Shown here piece after piece: positions 8,428-18,681 of a stretch of 64,000 nt of DNA. Location: the NCBI GenBank assembly GCA_900544395.1, contig UQVC01000008.1, forward strand, positions 423 through 64,422. The letters run 5' to 3'. The notes under the pieces are model-generated. The model was not told the DNA's origin. It ran no database searches and saw only the letters and a program-made list of their open reading frames with translations. The translations under genes were made by a program, and so were the position numbers. The first letter of the stretch is position 1. The number at the start of each line of letters is the position of its first letter. The stretch comes from an uncultured Ruminococcus sp. (GTDB lineage: Bacteria > Bacillota > Clostridia > Lachnospirales > Lachnospiraceae).

Positions 8428-8987
8428 AACGACTCACAACAACCAAAGTATGTATATTGGCGCTCTGCGCAGTGATCAATCTGATCGGTGGACAGGCTGC
8501 TCTTCTGTTTCGGCTGCCCATTTATCTGGATTCCATCGGAACGGTATTTGCCGCAGCCATCCTGGGACCTGTTTATGGAATGCTCCCTGGAATCTTGAGC
8601 AATCTGATCAGCGGAATGACAATGGATATTTATTCCCTCTACTATCTCCCGGTTCAGATGATCACCGGATGGATGGCAGGATTTGTCTTTCAAAAATTCC
8701 CTCCGCACACAGGAAAAGACCTGGGAAAAATCCTGCTGGGAGCCGGAATGATCAGCCTTCCGGGAACGCTGGTCAGTTCTTGTATCACCGCAGTTGTTTT
8801 CGGCGGGATCACCTCTTCCGGATCTACGATTCTGGTGCAGCTTTTCCATCATCTTGGCATGGGACTGACTGCCAGCATCTGTATGGTGCAAGGGCTGACT
8901 GACTATGCAGACAGAGCCGTTGTCCTTGGATTGACAGCAACACTGCTTTCCATGCTGCCGGCAGGCTATCAACGTGTTTCAAGATAA
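8424..8987 (+). CDS. ECF transporter S component (queuosine/queuine precursor type, QueT/QrtT-like)
   Basis: About 6-TM hydrophobic protein of 187 aa. ATGA start/stop overlap with the upstream gene. Confidence 0.6.
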   Translation: MKRLTTTKVCILALCAVINLIGGQAALLFRLPIYLDSIGTVFAAAILGPVYGMLPGILSNLISGMTMDIYSLYYLPVQMITGWMAGFVFQKFPPHTGKDLGKILLGAGMISLPGTLVSSCITAVVFGGITSSGSTILVQLFHHLGMGLTASICMVQGLTDYADRAVVLGLTATLLSMLPAGYQRVSR

Positions 8988-8998
8988 GGAGAGAGCAA

Positions 8999-9688
8999 AT
9001 GGAACGATATAATCAGATCACCAATAAGAATCCGCGAGAGATCGTATTGTTAAAGGGCAGACCCTGTGCCTGGGGGAAATGCCGCTTCTGTGACTACATC
9101 GAAGACAATTCCAGGAATCTGGAAGAGATGAATGCTCTGAACCGGGAAGTTCTCTCTCATGTCACGGGAGAACTTGGTGTTTTGGAAGTCATCAATTCCG
9201 GAAGCTGCTTTGAACTTCCCAAAGAAACCCTGCGCATGATCAAAGAACTTATTCAAGAAAAAGGGATTCAGCGCCTTTTTTTCGAATCTCACTGGATGTA
9301 TCGAAACCATCTGCAGAAAATGCGGGACTACATGGGGATTCCCATTACCTTTAAAATCGGGGTAGAAACTTTTGATCGGGAATTTCGGGAAACTTATCTG
9401 AATAAACATGCAGATTTTCAGTCTCCGGAAGAAGTACGCAAGTATTTTGATTCCCCCTGTCTGATGGTGGGGATCAAAGGACAGACAAAAGAGATGATCG
9501 ATTATGATATGCAGATGTTAAAAACACATTTTGAACTGGGAACCGTCAATGTATTTACCAATAACAGTACCGATGTCACACGTGACCAGGAGCTTGTAGA
9601 CTGGTTTATGGAAAAATATGCGGCTCTTTTGGACGACCCCAGTGTGGAAGTCCTATATGAAAAAACAGATTTCGGTGTAGGGGATTAA
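8999..9688 (+). CDS. Radical-SAM-like protein with CX4CX2C motif; candidate queuine lyase (QueL-like)
   Basis: The N-terminal Cys cluster CAWGKCRFC is non-canonical spacing versus CX3CX2C. Third gene of the salvage-type operon. Confidence 0.45.
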   Translation: MERYNQITNKNPREIVLLKGRPCAWGKCRFCDYIEDNSRNLEEMNALNREVLSHVTGELGVLEVINSGSCFELPKETLRMIKELIQEKGIQRLFFESHWMYRNHLQKMRDYMGIPITFKIGVETFDREFRETYLNKHADFQSPEEVRKYFDSPCLMVGIKGQTKEMIDYDMQMLKTHFELGTVNVFTNNSTDVTRDQELVDWFMEKYAALLDDPSVEVLYEKTDFGVGD

Positions 9689-9712
9689 ATTTCCCGACCA
9701 CCGAAATCTGTT

Positions 9713-10558
9713 TTATTTTGCATTCCACTGACCGATCACTTCATTGACTGTGGAAACGGTCACAAACACATTCTTGTTTGTCGTATGCAGATAATGAAGG
9801 AGCAATCGATACTCCTGCTGTGCCAGGATCGTTACCAGCTCTGTCCGATGCTTTTCATCATAAGCTCCCTGCGCGGTATACAAGGTTGCCCCTCTCTTTA
9901 AGTCATGGATGATGTAATGCTGGATCTCCTTGTAATCATCCGATATGATACAGACTCGTTTGCGCTTCTTAAAACCATCAATAAAATAGTCCACTGCCAC
10001 CCCATTGGCATAGGTTCCCAAAAGACTGACGATCAATGTGGGAACATCATAAACAAGGATGGAAGTCATGGCTGTCACAAATCCTGAAAACATCACTGCT
10101 TTTCCAAGTTCTACATGCGTAAACTTATTTAAGATCTTGGCAACAATATCCAGTCCGCCGGAAGAGGCATTGACATGAAACAACATCGCCTGTCCAAGTG
10201 CAACCACCAATGTGTAAGCAACCAGATCAAACACCTGATTTCCGGTTACCGATTCTGTCACCGGGATCAGATGCTCGAACATCCAGAGAAAGACCGAGAG
10301 CAGAACCGATGTATACACTGTTTTTGCTCCAAAATCTTTTCCGATCAAGAGAAAGCCGATCACCAAAAGGATGGCGTTCAACAGAAACGTCAGTGCAGAA
10401 ATAGAAATCCCTGAAAGCTGAGAAATAACCAGCGCAAGACCTGCTACACTTCCCATCACGATCTTGCTTGGAACCATAAAGAAATAGACTGCCGCAGAGA
10501 CAAGCAGCATGGCAAAGGTAATGACTGCAAATTCCCGGATCGTATTTTTTGATTTCAT
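9713..10558 (-). CDS. YitT family membrane protein (DUF161/DUF2179)
   Basis: N-terminal polytopic membrane region plus C-terminal DUF2179-like domain. Typical YitT architecture. Confidence 0.65.
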   Translation of the reverse strand: MKSKNTIREFAVITFAMLLVSAAVYFFMVPSKIVMGSVAGLALVISQLSGISISALTFLLNAILLVIGFLLIGKDFGAKTVYTSVLLSVFLWMFEHLIPVTESVTGNQVFDLVAYTLVVALGQAMLFHVNASSGGLDIVAKILNKFTHVELGKAVMFSGFVTAMTSILVYDVPTLIVSLLGTYANGVAVDYFIDGFKKRKRVCIISDDYKEIQHYIIHDLKRGATLYTAQGAYDEKHRTELVTILAQQEYRLLLHYLHTTNKNVFVTVSTVNEVIGQWNAK

Positions 10559-10582
10559 GTATGTTATCTCCTGTATTACGAT

Positions 10583-11521
10583 TTATAATTTAGAAAAACT
10601 CCACAGATTTTGGATCTGTGGCTCCAGCGTTGCATAATTCCAGGTACGGCTGCTCTTCTCTTTGCTGTTCGGATCATACACGGTAATCTCTCCGTCTTTG
10701 ATTTTTGTCAGCACGATAAAATGTCCTTCCGTAGTAAAATCTCCCGGCTTCATACTGCAGATCACAGGATGTCCTGTCTGCAGAGCCTCTGTCACAGCAC
10801 TTTCTGACAATGCCATTTCCATTCCGGAGACACCAAAATGAGCGGCAACCTCTGTCATCAGGCTCCAGCTGCTGCCGGATCCTTCCACATAATAGCCATT
10901 GGAATCCGCATAGGATGCGATCGCATAAGGAGTGATCGTACCATTTCCTGTCAAACCTGCAGCAACCATGGAAAGAGCCGTAGGACCACATCCACTGTTC
11001 GCCATGATTCCATCTCCATAATGCAGATATCCCCACCGCTCATCCCATTGGAGCAGCAGTGGAAATTCGCCTTCTTTGATCTCTCCGATGGATTCTGGAG
11101 CCGGAGTGTCTTTCTTTTCTGGATAATCTGCTACAAATTCGGTTGTCTCTTCATTTTTAGCAAGTAGTTCCAGGAGACTTACCGGATAACTGCCGGAATC
11201 TTCCAGAATCTTCTGTACCCGTTTCTCTTCCTTTGCACGTTCCAGAAGGATGGTCTGAAACTCCTCGGATAATGTGCCGTCACTGCATACAAAGTCATAA
11301 TCTGGAAGGGGTGTCTCTTCGCTTTGTGTCTGTTTGGTTTCTTTTTCTGTATCCTGTGTCTGTATCTGTTTGTCTTTCTTTGGTTCTTCTTTTTGAAATT
11401 TTTCAAAAATCCATCGTCCTGCCAGCACCAAAATTGCTGCCAGAACCAGAACGCAGATCGTGCGCTCTACCAATACAACTTTCTTTCTGTCAAATCTTCT
11501 TTTTCTTCTTTGGTATGCCAT
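10583..11521 (-). CDS. Membrane-anchored C39-like (papain-fold) peptidase domain protein
   Basis: N-terminal TM, low-complexity linker, then C-terminal GCGPTALSMV...H motif region of the peptidase_C39-like fold. Confidence 0.5.
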   Translation of the reverse strand: MAYQRRKRRFDRKKVVLVERTICVLVLAAILVLAGRWIFEKFQKEEPKKDKQIQTQDTEKETKQTQSEETPLPDYDFVCSDGTLSEEFQTILLERAKEEKRVQKILEDSGSYPVSLLELLAKNEETTEFVADYPEKKDTPAPESIGEIKEGEFPLLLQWDERWGYLHYGDGIMANSGCGPTALSMVAAGLTGNGTITPYAIASYADSNGYYVEGSGSSWSLMTEVAAHFGVSGMEMALSESAVTEALQTGHPVICSMKPGDFTTEGHFIVLTKIKDGEITVYDPNSKEKSSRTWNYATLEPQIQNLWSFSKL

Positions 11522-11553
11522 AATTTAACCTCCGGTAACAGCATAACATATTC

Positions 11554-11874
11554 CTACAATGCTTTCCATACCTGAATGAGTTCTTCTTTGATTTCTTTCG
11601 GTGTCAGCTGTTTTTCAATCTGATCAGCAATCTGACTGCTGGTGACATGAGAAAACTCCAGTTTTCCATAATCTGCCCATACAAAACAGACAAAACATAA
11701 GATTGCAAGCCCAAGGCGGAACAAAAAGGAATTGCTCTGGGCATCCTCTTCCTGTTCGGAGTCCAATGTGGACTGATATCTTGGATGGACAGGCATCCTG
11801 TTCCATTCTGTTTCATGACAGAGCCTTCGTGTCTGCTGAAGAAGCTCCCTGCGGCGCGCCTCTGAATCATTCAT
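11554..11874 (-). CDS. Hypothetical membrane protein (start at internal ATG with GGAGGG RBS)
   Basis: ORF plus RBS. One TM (LFRLGLAILCFVCFVWA). Confidence 0.35.
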   Translation of the reverse strand: MNDSEARRRELLQQTRRLCHETEWNRMPVHPRYQSTLDSEQEEDAQSNSFLFRLGLAILCFVCFVWADYGKLEFSHVTSSQIADQIEKQLTPKEIKEELIQVWKAL

Positions 11875-11985
11875 ATGATATTCCCTCCTGATGTTCCATC
11901 GCAAAACATGATACACATAAAAAGACATATGACAAGTCTCTTATCCCATCATATGTCTTTGCTGGATCCATTAGAATCTCTGTAT

Positions 11986-13269
11986 TTACCGATCTGCCAG
12001 TTCTTTGACAATATCTTCCCAGGTCACACCGCGTTCTACCATCAGAACCATGGCGTGGTACAGAAAATCGGAAATTTCATATTTAATTTCTTCGGGATTC
12101 GGATTTTTGGCTGCGATTACGATTTCCGTTGCCTCTTCTCCGACCTTTTTTAAAATCTTATCAATCCCCTTGTCAAACAGATAATTGGTATAAGAGCCTT
12201 CTTTTGGATTCTGCTTCCGATCTGCAATGGTATCATACACAGATTCAAATACCTGAAGCGGATTCTTGGAATCGTATTCACTGCCTACGATCTGTCGGTA
12301 AAAACAACTGCGGTTTCCCGTATGGCAGGCAGCTCCCACCTGCTCCACTTTTGCCAGCAGGGTGTCATTATCACAATCTACAGACAGCGTCTTTACATAT
12401 TGGTAATGTCCGGATGTCTCTCCTTTCACCCAGCGGCACTGACGGCTGCGGCTGTAATATGTCATTTTTCCGGAACGGATCGTGTGTTCAAATGCTTCCT
12501 GGTTCATATATGCCATCATCAATACTTCATTGGTCTTATAATCCTGCACAACGACCGGAAGAAGCCCGTCTGCGTTCAGCGTAAACTCAGAAAATTTCAT
12601 GGCGCTTTCCAAGGAAGTCATCTGAATCCCTTCCGTGGTACAAAGTGTTTTAAATCCAGAAAGATCCAGTTCTGGTCTGCTGATAAATTTCCCGGACACC
12701 CCTTTGACGCCTTTGCATTTTAAGATTTTCAGGATTTCTTCCTGTTCCATCGTATCTGTCAGGACTACACAGGGGATTTCTGTAATGTTCATCACAGACA
12801 GAAGATCCAAGCGGTGCATAAACAAAATTTCGGAGCTGAATTTATCGATCAGATGCTGCTGTTTGAACAGGGCGTCAAAATCATTCAGCGATACCGCGAT
12901 CCTCTCTTTTCCAAACCGCTTGGATACTTCTTCGATCAGCTCAAAGGAAACTGCCTTGGAAAAATTCAAAATGGCCCGTTTCGCTCCGGCATACAAAATT
13001 TTCTTGACATCTTCCTGCCTGCGGATATTTCCCCCTGCGATCATAGGAATACTGATCACCCGATTGATCTTCTTCATAATATCGATGGCTTCGTCATGTT
13101 CTTCGTCTGCATGCGAGAGATCAAATACGATCAGTTCGTCTGCGCCTTTGTCACAATATGTTTTTGCAAGTTCTACGACATCTTCTGCAATGACTTCTTG
13201 ATCGTCAAACCATCGGACTGCCTTTCCTTTGTAAATGAAAATACAGGGAATCAATCTTTTATAACTCAT
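11986..13269 (-). CDS. hisIE: HisF-like (beta/alpha)8 domain fused to bifunctional HisIE (PRA-CH / PRA-PH)
   Basis: The C-terminal ~200 aa match HisI ([18 protein letters not shown]...CHTG) and HisE. The N-terminal ~220 aa align to HisF ([14 protein letters not shown]..., VELAK...GADEL..., [10 protein letters not shown]), but the canonical Asp of the CLDV motif is replaced (CIFIY). Confidence 0.7.
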   Translation of the reverse strand: MSYKRLIPCIFIYKGKAVRWFDDQEVIAEDVVELAKTYCDKGADELIVFDLSHADEEHDEAIDIMKKINRVISIPMIAGGNIRRQEDVKKILYAGAKRAILNFSKAVSFELIEEVSKRFGKERIAVSLNDFDALFKQQHLIDKFSSEILFMHRLDLLSVMNITEIPCVVLTDTMEQEEILKILKCKGVKGVSGKFISRPELDLSGFKTLCTTEGIQMTSLESAMKFSEFTLNADGLLPVVVQDYKTNEVLMMAYMNQEAFEHTIRSGKMTYYSRSRQCRWVKGETSGHYQYVKTLSVDCDNDTLLAKVEQVGAACHTGNRSCFYRQIVGSEYDSKNPLQVFESVYDTIADRKQNPKEGSYTNYLFDKGIDKILKKVGEEATEIVIAAKNPNPEEIKYEISDFLYHAMVLMVERGVTWEDIVKELADR

Positions 13270-13284
13270 AGTTTTTGTTCTCCT

Positions 13285-13875
13285 TTATAAGCTGCCTTTC
13301 GTAGACCATATTCCGCCCATCCGCGGTTCTTCCATAGTCGCCATATCCAACGCTTTCCCAAATGCCTTAAACAATGCTTCTGCCATATGATGATTGTTGA
13401 TGCCGTCTAAGATTTTCAGATGCAGATTCATGGCCGCACTGTAGGAGACTGCATAGAAAAATTCACGGAACATTTCTGTATCCAACGTACCTAATCTTTC
13501 TGTTGTAAATTCTGCCTGATAGTTCAGATAGGGGCGTCCGGAAAGATCAATGGCGCACATTGCCAGGGTCTCATCCATGGGAAGCAGAAAACTTCCATAC
13601 CGTTTGATTCCCATCTTATCTCCCAGCGCTTCGGCAATAGCCTGTCCCAGTACGATTCCGGTGTCCTCGACCGTATGGTGGGAATCCACTTCCAGATCAC
13701 CGTTGACACAAAGATCCAGATCAAACAGTCCGTGTCTGGCAAATCCGCTTAACATATGGTCAAAAAACGGAATCCCTGTTGCAATCTTATGTTCTCCGGT
13801 TCCGTCCAGATTGATCCTCACAGAAATCTCGGTCTCTTTGGTCTTACGTTCTACAGATGCAATGCGTGGTTTCAT
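13285..13875 (-). CDS. hisB: Imidazoleglycerol-phosphate dehydratase
   Basis: Strong family match (IPFFDHML...). Confidence 0.9.
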   Translation of the reverse strand: MKPRIASVERKTKETEISVRINLDGTGEHKIATGIPFFDHMLSGFARHGLFDLDLCVNGDLEVDSHHTVEDTGIVLGQAIAEALGDKMGIKRYGSFLLPMDETLAMCAIDLSGRPYLNYQAEFTTERLGTLDTEMFREFFYAVSYSAAMNLHLKILDGINNHHMAEALFKAFGKALDMATMEEPRMGGIWSTKGSL

Positions 13876-15176
13876 ATCTCATTCCTCTTTTCAAAACGAA
13901 CGTGAACAGAATTGGCGTGGGCTGTCAGCTGCTCTGCTTTTGCAAACGTCTCAATCTCTTCATGTACTGCTTCCAAAGCCTGTCTGGAGTAAGAAATAAT
14001 ACTTGATTTTTTCAGAAAATCGTCTACAGACAATGGGGAAAAGAATTTTGCGGTCCCATTGGTCGGAAGGACATGGTTCGGCCCTGCAAAATAATCTCCC
14101 AGTGGCTCACTGCTGTATTCACCGATAAAGATCGCTCCTGCATTGCGAATCTTTGTCATCACGGTAAAAGCATCCTTTGTCATGATCTCCAGATGTTCCG
14201 ATGCAATTTCATTGGCAGCCTCAATGGCAGCTTCCAGTGTATCGGCAATCAGGATATGTCCGTAATTGTCCAGAGATTTCTGTATAATCTCTCCTCTGGA
14301 AAGCTCTGCCACAAAACCATCCACCTCCCGTGATACTTCTTGGGCAAGTGCCTCACTGGTGGTGACCAGAATCGCAGAAGCCAGTTCATCATGCTCTGCC
14401 TGGGAGAGAAGATCCGCTGCCACATATCGCGGATTTGCAGTCTCATCTGCCAACACTAAAATTTCACTCGGTCCTGCAATGGAATCAATGCTGACATGCC
14501 CGTAAACTGCTTTTTTTGCAAGGGCTACGTAAATATTTCCCGGTCCTACGATCTTGTCAACTTTGGGGATGCTCTCTGTTCCATACGCCAGCGCCGCGAT
14601 CGCCTGTGCTCCGCCCACTTTATAGATCACATCCACACCTGCTTCTTTGGCAGCTACCAGAGTCGCCGGATTGACATATCCGTCTTTTCCCGGAGGCGTG
14701 ACCATGATGATCTCATCCACACCGGCAACTTTCGCCGGCACAATATTCATCAGTACCGAAGACGGGTATACTGCCTTTCCGCCCGGTACGTATACACCCA
14801 CTCTCTGAAGCGGCGTTACCTTCTGACCCAGGATCGTACCGTTCGGTTTGCTGTCAAACCAGCTATACTGCATTTGCTTGGCGTGATAGGATTCGATATT
14901 TTTCAGAGATTTCCGGATCACATCCAGCAAAGCGGCATCCACCTGCTCATATGCATTCTGGATTTCGGCTTCTGTTACCTGAATGTTGTCTGCATTCAGT
15001 TTTACACCGTCAAATTGTTCTGTATAGGCAAACAGTGCCTCATCCCGTCTGGTTTTTACCGCATCCAGGATCTCTCTGACGCATGTCTCATACTGTTCAT
15101 AGCTGTTGGGACTTCTTTGCAGTAAATCTTCCAGCAGATTCTTTTTGGTTGTTTCATCCAGTCGTTCGATTCTCAT
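13872..15176 (-). CDS. hisD: Histidinol dehydrogenase
   Basis: Family match over the full length. 4-nt overlaps with neighbours. Confidence 0.9.
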   Translation of the reverse strand: MRIERLDETTKKNLLEDLLQRSPNSYEQYETCVREILDAVKTRRDEALFAYTEQFDGVKLNADNIQVTEAEIQNAYEQVDAALLDVIRKSLKNIESYHAKQMQYSWFDSKPNGTILGQKVTPLQRVGVYVPGGKAVYPSSVLMNIVPAKVAGVDEIIMVTPPGKDGYVNPATLVAAKEAGVDVIYKVGGAQAIAALAYGTESIPKVDKIVGPGNIYVALAKKAVYGHVSIDSIAGPSEILVLADETANPRYVAADLLSQAEHDELASAILVTTSEALAQEVSREVDGFVAELSRGEIIQKSLDNYGHILIADTLEAAIEAANEIASEHLEIMTKDAFTVMTKIRNAGAIFIGEYSSEPLGDYFAGPNHVLPTNGTAKFFSPLSVDDFLKKSSIISYSRQALEAVHEEIETFAKAEQLTAHANSVHVRFEKRNEI

Positions 15177-15823
15177 ACGTTTCCCCCCTCTGACAAATTT
15201 CTAATCTTTCCGATCAGCTCCCGGATCCGGTCATTTTCCATCCGCATACTTACTGGATTGACGATCATACGGGCAGACAATGGGCAAACCTCTTCCAAAA
15301 CGGTCAGTCCATTCTCTTTCAGAGTGGATCCGGTCTCCACAATATCCACGATCACTTCGGAAAGTCCTACGATGGGAGCCAGTTCAATGGATCCATTCAT
15401 CTTGATGATCTCCACAGTCTGATGTTTTTTATTGTAAAAATAGTCTTTGGCGATCTGCGGATATTTTGTCGCAACACGGATCACTTCCCGATGTTCCAGA
15501 AGTTCTTTGGCATCCCAGGGCCCACAGACACACATCTTACAGGTACCAAATCCCAGATCGAGCACTTCATGCACATTGCGTCCTTCTTCCACAATAATGT
15601 CTTTTCCGACCACGCCGATATCTGCCGCGCCGTACTCTACATAAGTCGGCACGTCCGGTCCTTTTGCGAGGAAAAACTTTAATTTTAATTCTTCATTGAC
15701 AAACACCAGCTTTCGGGAGTCTTTTTCTTTCATCTCTTCACAGGTGATTCCAAGCTGCTCCAAAAGTTCCAGTGTTTTATCTGCCAGCCGTCCCTTTGTC
15801 AGGGCAAATGTTAAATATTTCAT
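15173..15823 (-). CDS. hisG: ATP phosphoribosyltransferase (short form)
   Basis: Family match. Confidence 0.9.
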   Translation of the reverse strand: MKYLTFALTKGRLADKTLELLEQLGITCEEMKEKDSRKLVFVNEELKLKFFLAKGPDVPTYVEYGAADIGVVGKDIIVEEGRNVHEVLDLGFGTCKMCVCGPWDAKELLEHREVIRVATKYPQIAKDYFYNKKHQTVEIIKMNGSIELAPIVGLSEVIVDIVETGSTLKENGLTVLEEVCPLSARMIVNPVSMRMENDRIRELIGKIRNLSEGGNV

Positions 15824-17100
15824 CGGTTCTCCCCCGCTTTCGCTTTTTTTCTGGCATTTACCTTCTTTTCTTCTCCGGTGGAGAGATTAACCATGTCGAT
15901 CGTCAGATTTTCATTCAGATATAACATACTGACTGCATGTTTCCGTTTTCCATAAGCGATAAAAGATTTTTTTTGCTCTTCCTCTGTCCGCTTCAGTAAT
16001 TCGATATACTTTCCCTTTTCCCGGAAATCCCTTGCCAGGGAAATGGCCCATTTTTCTGTCCGTTCCGTGTATACAATGAGATTGTTGTGCCCCACATCTA
16101 CCGAAATCTTCTGCCTGGATAAGGCATGGAGCAGTTCATCAATGATGATTGCAAACCCGATAGAAGGGGTCTGCTTTCCGAATTTCTCCAGCAGATGATC
16201 GTAACGTCCCCCTGTTACAACAGCGTCTCCGGTGCCATAGGTATATGCCCGGAAAATGATCCCGGTATAGTATCCGTAACGGCTGCTCATACTCAGATCA
16301 AATGTCACATAATCTTCCACCCCGTATAGTGCCAGCAGTTTATAGATCTTTAAAAGTCTTCCAACTGCCTGCTTTGCCTGTACAGTAGGCGCACATTCCA
16401 CGGCCTGCTTCAGAACCTCCACATCTCCGGCAAGTTCCGGCAGGATCCGAAATGCCTGCTTGATCTTCGGATCTGCCTCTGCGTGTTCCAATAGCTCTTC
16501 TACTCCGAAAAAGTTTCGGTTTGCGATCAGATCGTCGATTTCCTCTTTTTGTGTTTCATCCAAAGCTGTGGCATCGATCAGGCTCTGCAGGAAATCTACA
16601 TGTCCGATATTGACCTGAAATTCTTTCAGTCCTACTTTTTTCAGTCCATCCACAACCATGGCGATCATCTCGGCGTCTGCCTCTACAGAATCGATGCCGA
16701 TCAATTCTGCGCCAAGCTGTGTGTTCTCTTTCAGACGTCCCTGATAACTGCTGTGATTGATAAAAGTATTGCCCATATAACAAAGGCGGATTGGAAATTC
16801 CTCAGTCTCAAATATGGTAGCTGCCGCCCGGGCAATGGAAGGCGTCATATCCGGGCGCAGAGCAAGTATGTCTCCCTCCCGGTCAAAAAATTTGTATAAT
16901 TCTCTGGATGAGATGGTTCCGATTTCCTTTCGGAACACCTCAAAATATTCAAATGTGGGAGTCTGGATATCCTGATAGCCGTAAAGATGCAGTACCTGAT
17001 GAAGTTTCTCCTGTACTGTCAGTTTTGTCCTGCACTCTTTGCTGTAGATATCCCGAACTCCTTCAGGGGTATGTAACTTTTGTTCCATGTGTCCCAACAT
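15820..17100 (-). CDS. hisZ: ATP phosphoribosyltransferase regulatory subunit (HisS paralog)
   Basis: Class II aaRS-like core without an anticodon domain. Sits upstream of hisG. Confidence 0.8.
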   Translation of the reverse strand: MLGHMEQKLHTPEGVRDIYSKECRTKLTVQEKLHQVLHLYGYQDIQTPTFEYFEVFRKEIGTISSRELYKFFDREGDILALRPDMTPSIARAAATIFETEEFPIRLCYMGNTFINHSSYQGRLKENTQLGAELIGIDSVEADAEMIAMVVDGLKKVGLKEFQVNIGHVDFLQSLIDATALDETQKEEIDDLIANRNFFGVEELLEHAEADPKIKQAFRILPELAGDVEVLKQAVECAPTVQAKQAVGRLLKIYKLLALYGVEDYVTFDLSMSSRYGYYTGIIFRAYTYGTGDAVVTGGRYDHLLEKFGKQTPSIGFAIIIDELLHALSRQKISVDVGHNNLIVYTERTEKWAISLARDFREKGKYIELLKRTEEEQKKSFIAYGKRKHAVSMLYLNENLTIDMVNLSTGEEKKVNARKKAKAGENR

Positions 17101-17165
17101 CCTTTCACTTTACTATGCTAACATGTTAAATCATTCTGTAATTATACGGAGTTTCTGATCGTCTG

Positions 17166-17699
17166 TCAATCCCTGTCATCCAAATCTTTCTGGATATAAT
17201 CCAGATATGGCACCAGACAGTGATTCTTTAACTGCATAAAATATTCCGGAGAAAGCTCTGTAAAACGGATGCTTTTCCGTCCTCCGTTTTTCGCCCGCTC
17301 CCAGAACGAATATAATTCTGCAAACCGCATATAATACAAAATTTCCCGCTGACTGTAATAAATGATCAGAAAGGAAATTCCCTGTTGTTTTTCATATTTT
17401 TCCATAAATGAGATCTGATGCTCATGTACATTCTGCAGGGGGAAGGTATCTGCTGCACATTCTTTTGCATCAAAACAAACGGGGATGCCCTGTACCGCAC
17501 CAATGTAGTCCACGGTACTGATCTTTTCAAAATATGCCAAGGTGATATGTCTGCGTTCTTTGTCGATCCGGACCGGGGTAATGGGAGTGGGGATCTTCTG
17601 GATCAGCGCCAGCCCCGTCTCCTCGTACCGTGTATTGGTGTAGTTGATCATATCTTCCAGCGTAGATCCCCGCAGCCCTCTTGAATTCCAGGTTCCCAT
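17166..17699 (-). CDS. recU: Holliday junction resolvase RecU
   Basis: RecU family (PBP-related factor A) motifs. Confidence 0.75.
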   Translation of the reverse strand: MGTWNSRGLRGSTLEDMINYTNTRYEETGLALIQKIPTPITPVRIDKERRHITLAYFEKISTVDYIGAVQGIPVCFDAKECAADTFPLQNVHEHQISFMEKYEKQQGISFLIIYYSQREILYYMRFAELYSFWERAKNGGRKSIRFTELSPEYFMQLKNHCLVPYLDYIQKDLDDRD

Positions 17700-18664
17700 T
17701 ACTGCACTCCCTGTTCTTTGACAATCCGAAGAAAGGGTTCTGGAAGCGGTGCCTGAAATTCCTTCCTGGATACTTCTTTTAATGCCCCCTCACAGACCGG
17801 AAACTTCAGGCGGGCCGCATGCAAAAGCTGGGATCTGACCTGATAACGCTTCCTGTATTCCTGGTTGAGCCTGACATCTCCATATTTGGGATCTCCGATT
17901 AAAGGATGTCCAAGAGATGCCAGATGTGCGCGGATCTGGTGGGTTTTTCCGGTGATCAGATGCACCTCCAGAAGTGTCACATCATGATTGCTTTTGACCG
18001 GGCGGTATTCGGTTGCAATCCATACACTGTCCGGCATTTTCTGTGCTGTAATTTCTACTTTATTGGTCTGCGTGTCTTTTTTCAGCCATCCTTCGATCCG
18101 GGACGACTCTTTGATTTCTCCTTTTACCAGACAAAGATAATATTTTCCGATACTGCGGTCATGAAAGAGCTGATTCAATGCCTGCAGCCCGGCCATAGTT
18201 TTTCCGGCAGCAACGATCCCGCTTGTATTGCGGTCCAGCCGGTTGCAGATCGACGGACGAAAGGTCTTAAGATCTTCTTCACGCAAAGCACCGGAGCGCA
18301 CCAGATAAGAAATCAGATGCTCCACCAGAGACTGGTCTGTCGAAGATGCTTTTTGGGAAAGCATTCCCACAGGCTTATTGATCAGGATCACATCCGGATC
18401 CTCATATAAAATATCCAGTTCTTCTTCCGTATATTCTGAAAAAACTTCCGAAAATTTTTGAATGGTTTCATCCGAAAGGAACAGCTTCACACAGTCCCCT
18501 TTTGCCAGCTTTTCATTTCCTGCCGCTTTTTTCCCATTTAATGTGATATTCTTTTTTCGGAGCATCTTATAGAAAAAACTTTTGGGCGCAAGATTCAGAT
18601 ATTTTGCCAGAAGTTTATCCAGCCTTTGTCCTGCTTCCTGTTCTGTAATTTGTATTTCCTGCAT
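17699..18664 (-). CDS. RluA-family 23S rRNA pseudouridine synthase (RluD-like)
   Basis: S4 domain plus HRLDRNTSG catalytic motif. Confidence 0.8.
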   Translation of the reverse strand: MQEIQITEQEAGQRLDKLLAKYLNLAPKSFFYKMLRKKNITLNGKKAAGNEKLAKGDCVKLFLSDETIQKFSEVFSEYTEEELDILYEDPDVILINKPVGMLSQKASSTDQSLVEHLISYLVRSGALREEDLKTFRPSICNRLDRNTSGIVAAGKTMAGLQALNQLFHDRSIGKYYLCLVKGEIKESSRIEGWLKKDTQTNKVEITAQKMPDSVWIATEYRPVKSNHDVTLLEVHLITGKTHQIRAHLASLGHPLIGDPKYGDVRLNQEYRKRYQVRSQLLHAARLKFPVCEGALKEVSRKEFQAPLPEPFLRIVKEQGVQ

Positions 18665-18681
18665 ATTGTCCCTGACTCCTT

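Noticed and set aside
8364-8972. 202-aa minus-strand ORF overlapping the ECF S-component gene (and similar antisense ORFs, e.g. 7501-8127, 10674-11036, 43492-43977, 59529-60326)
   Set aside because: These are Gln/Arg/Ser-rich junk translations antisense to well-supported genes, typical of moderate-GC coding DNA. They have no RBS or motif.
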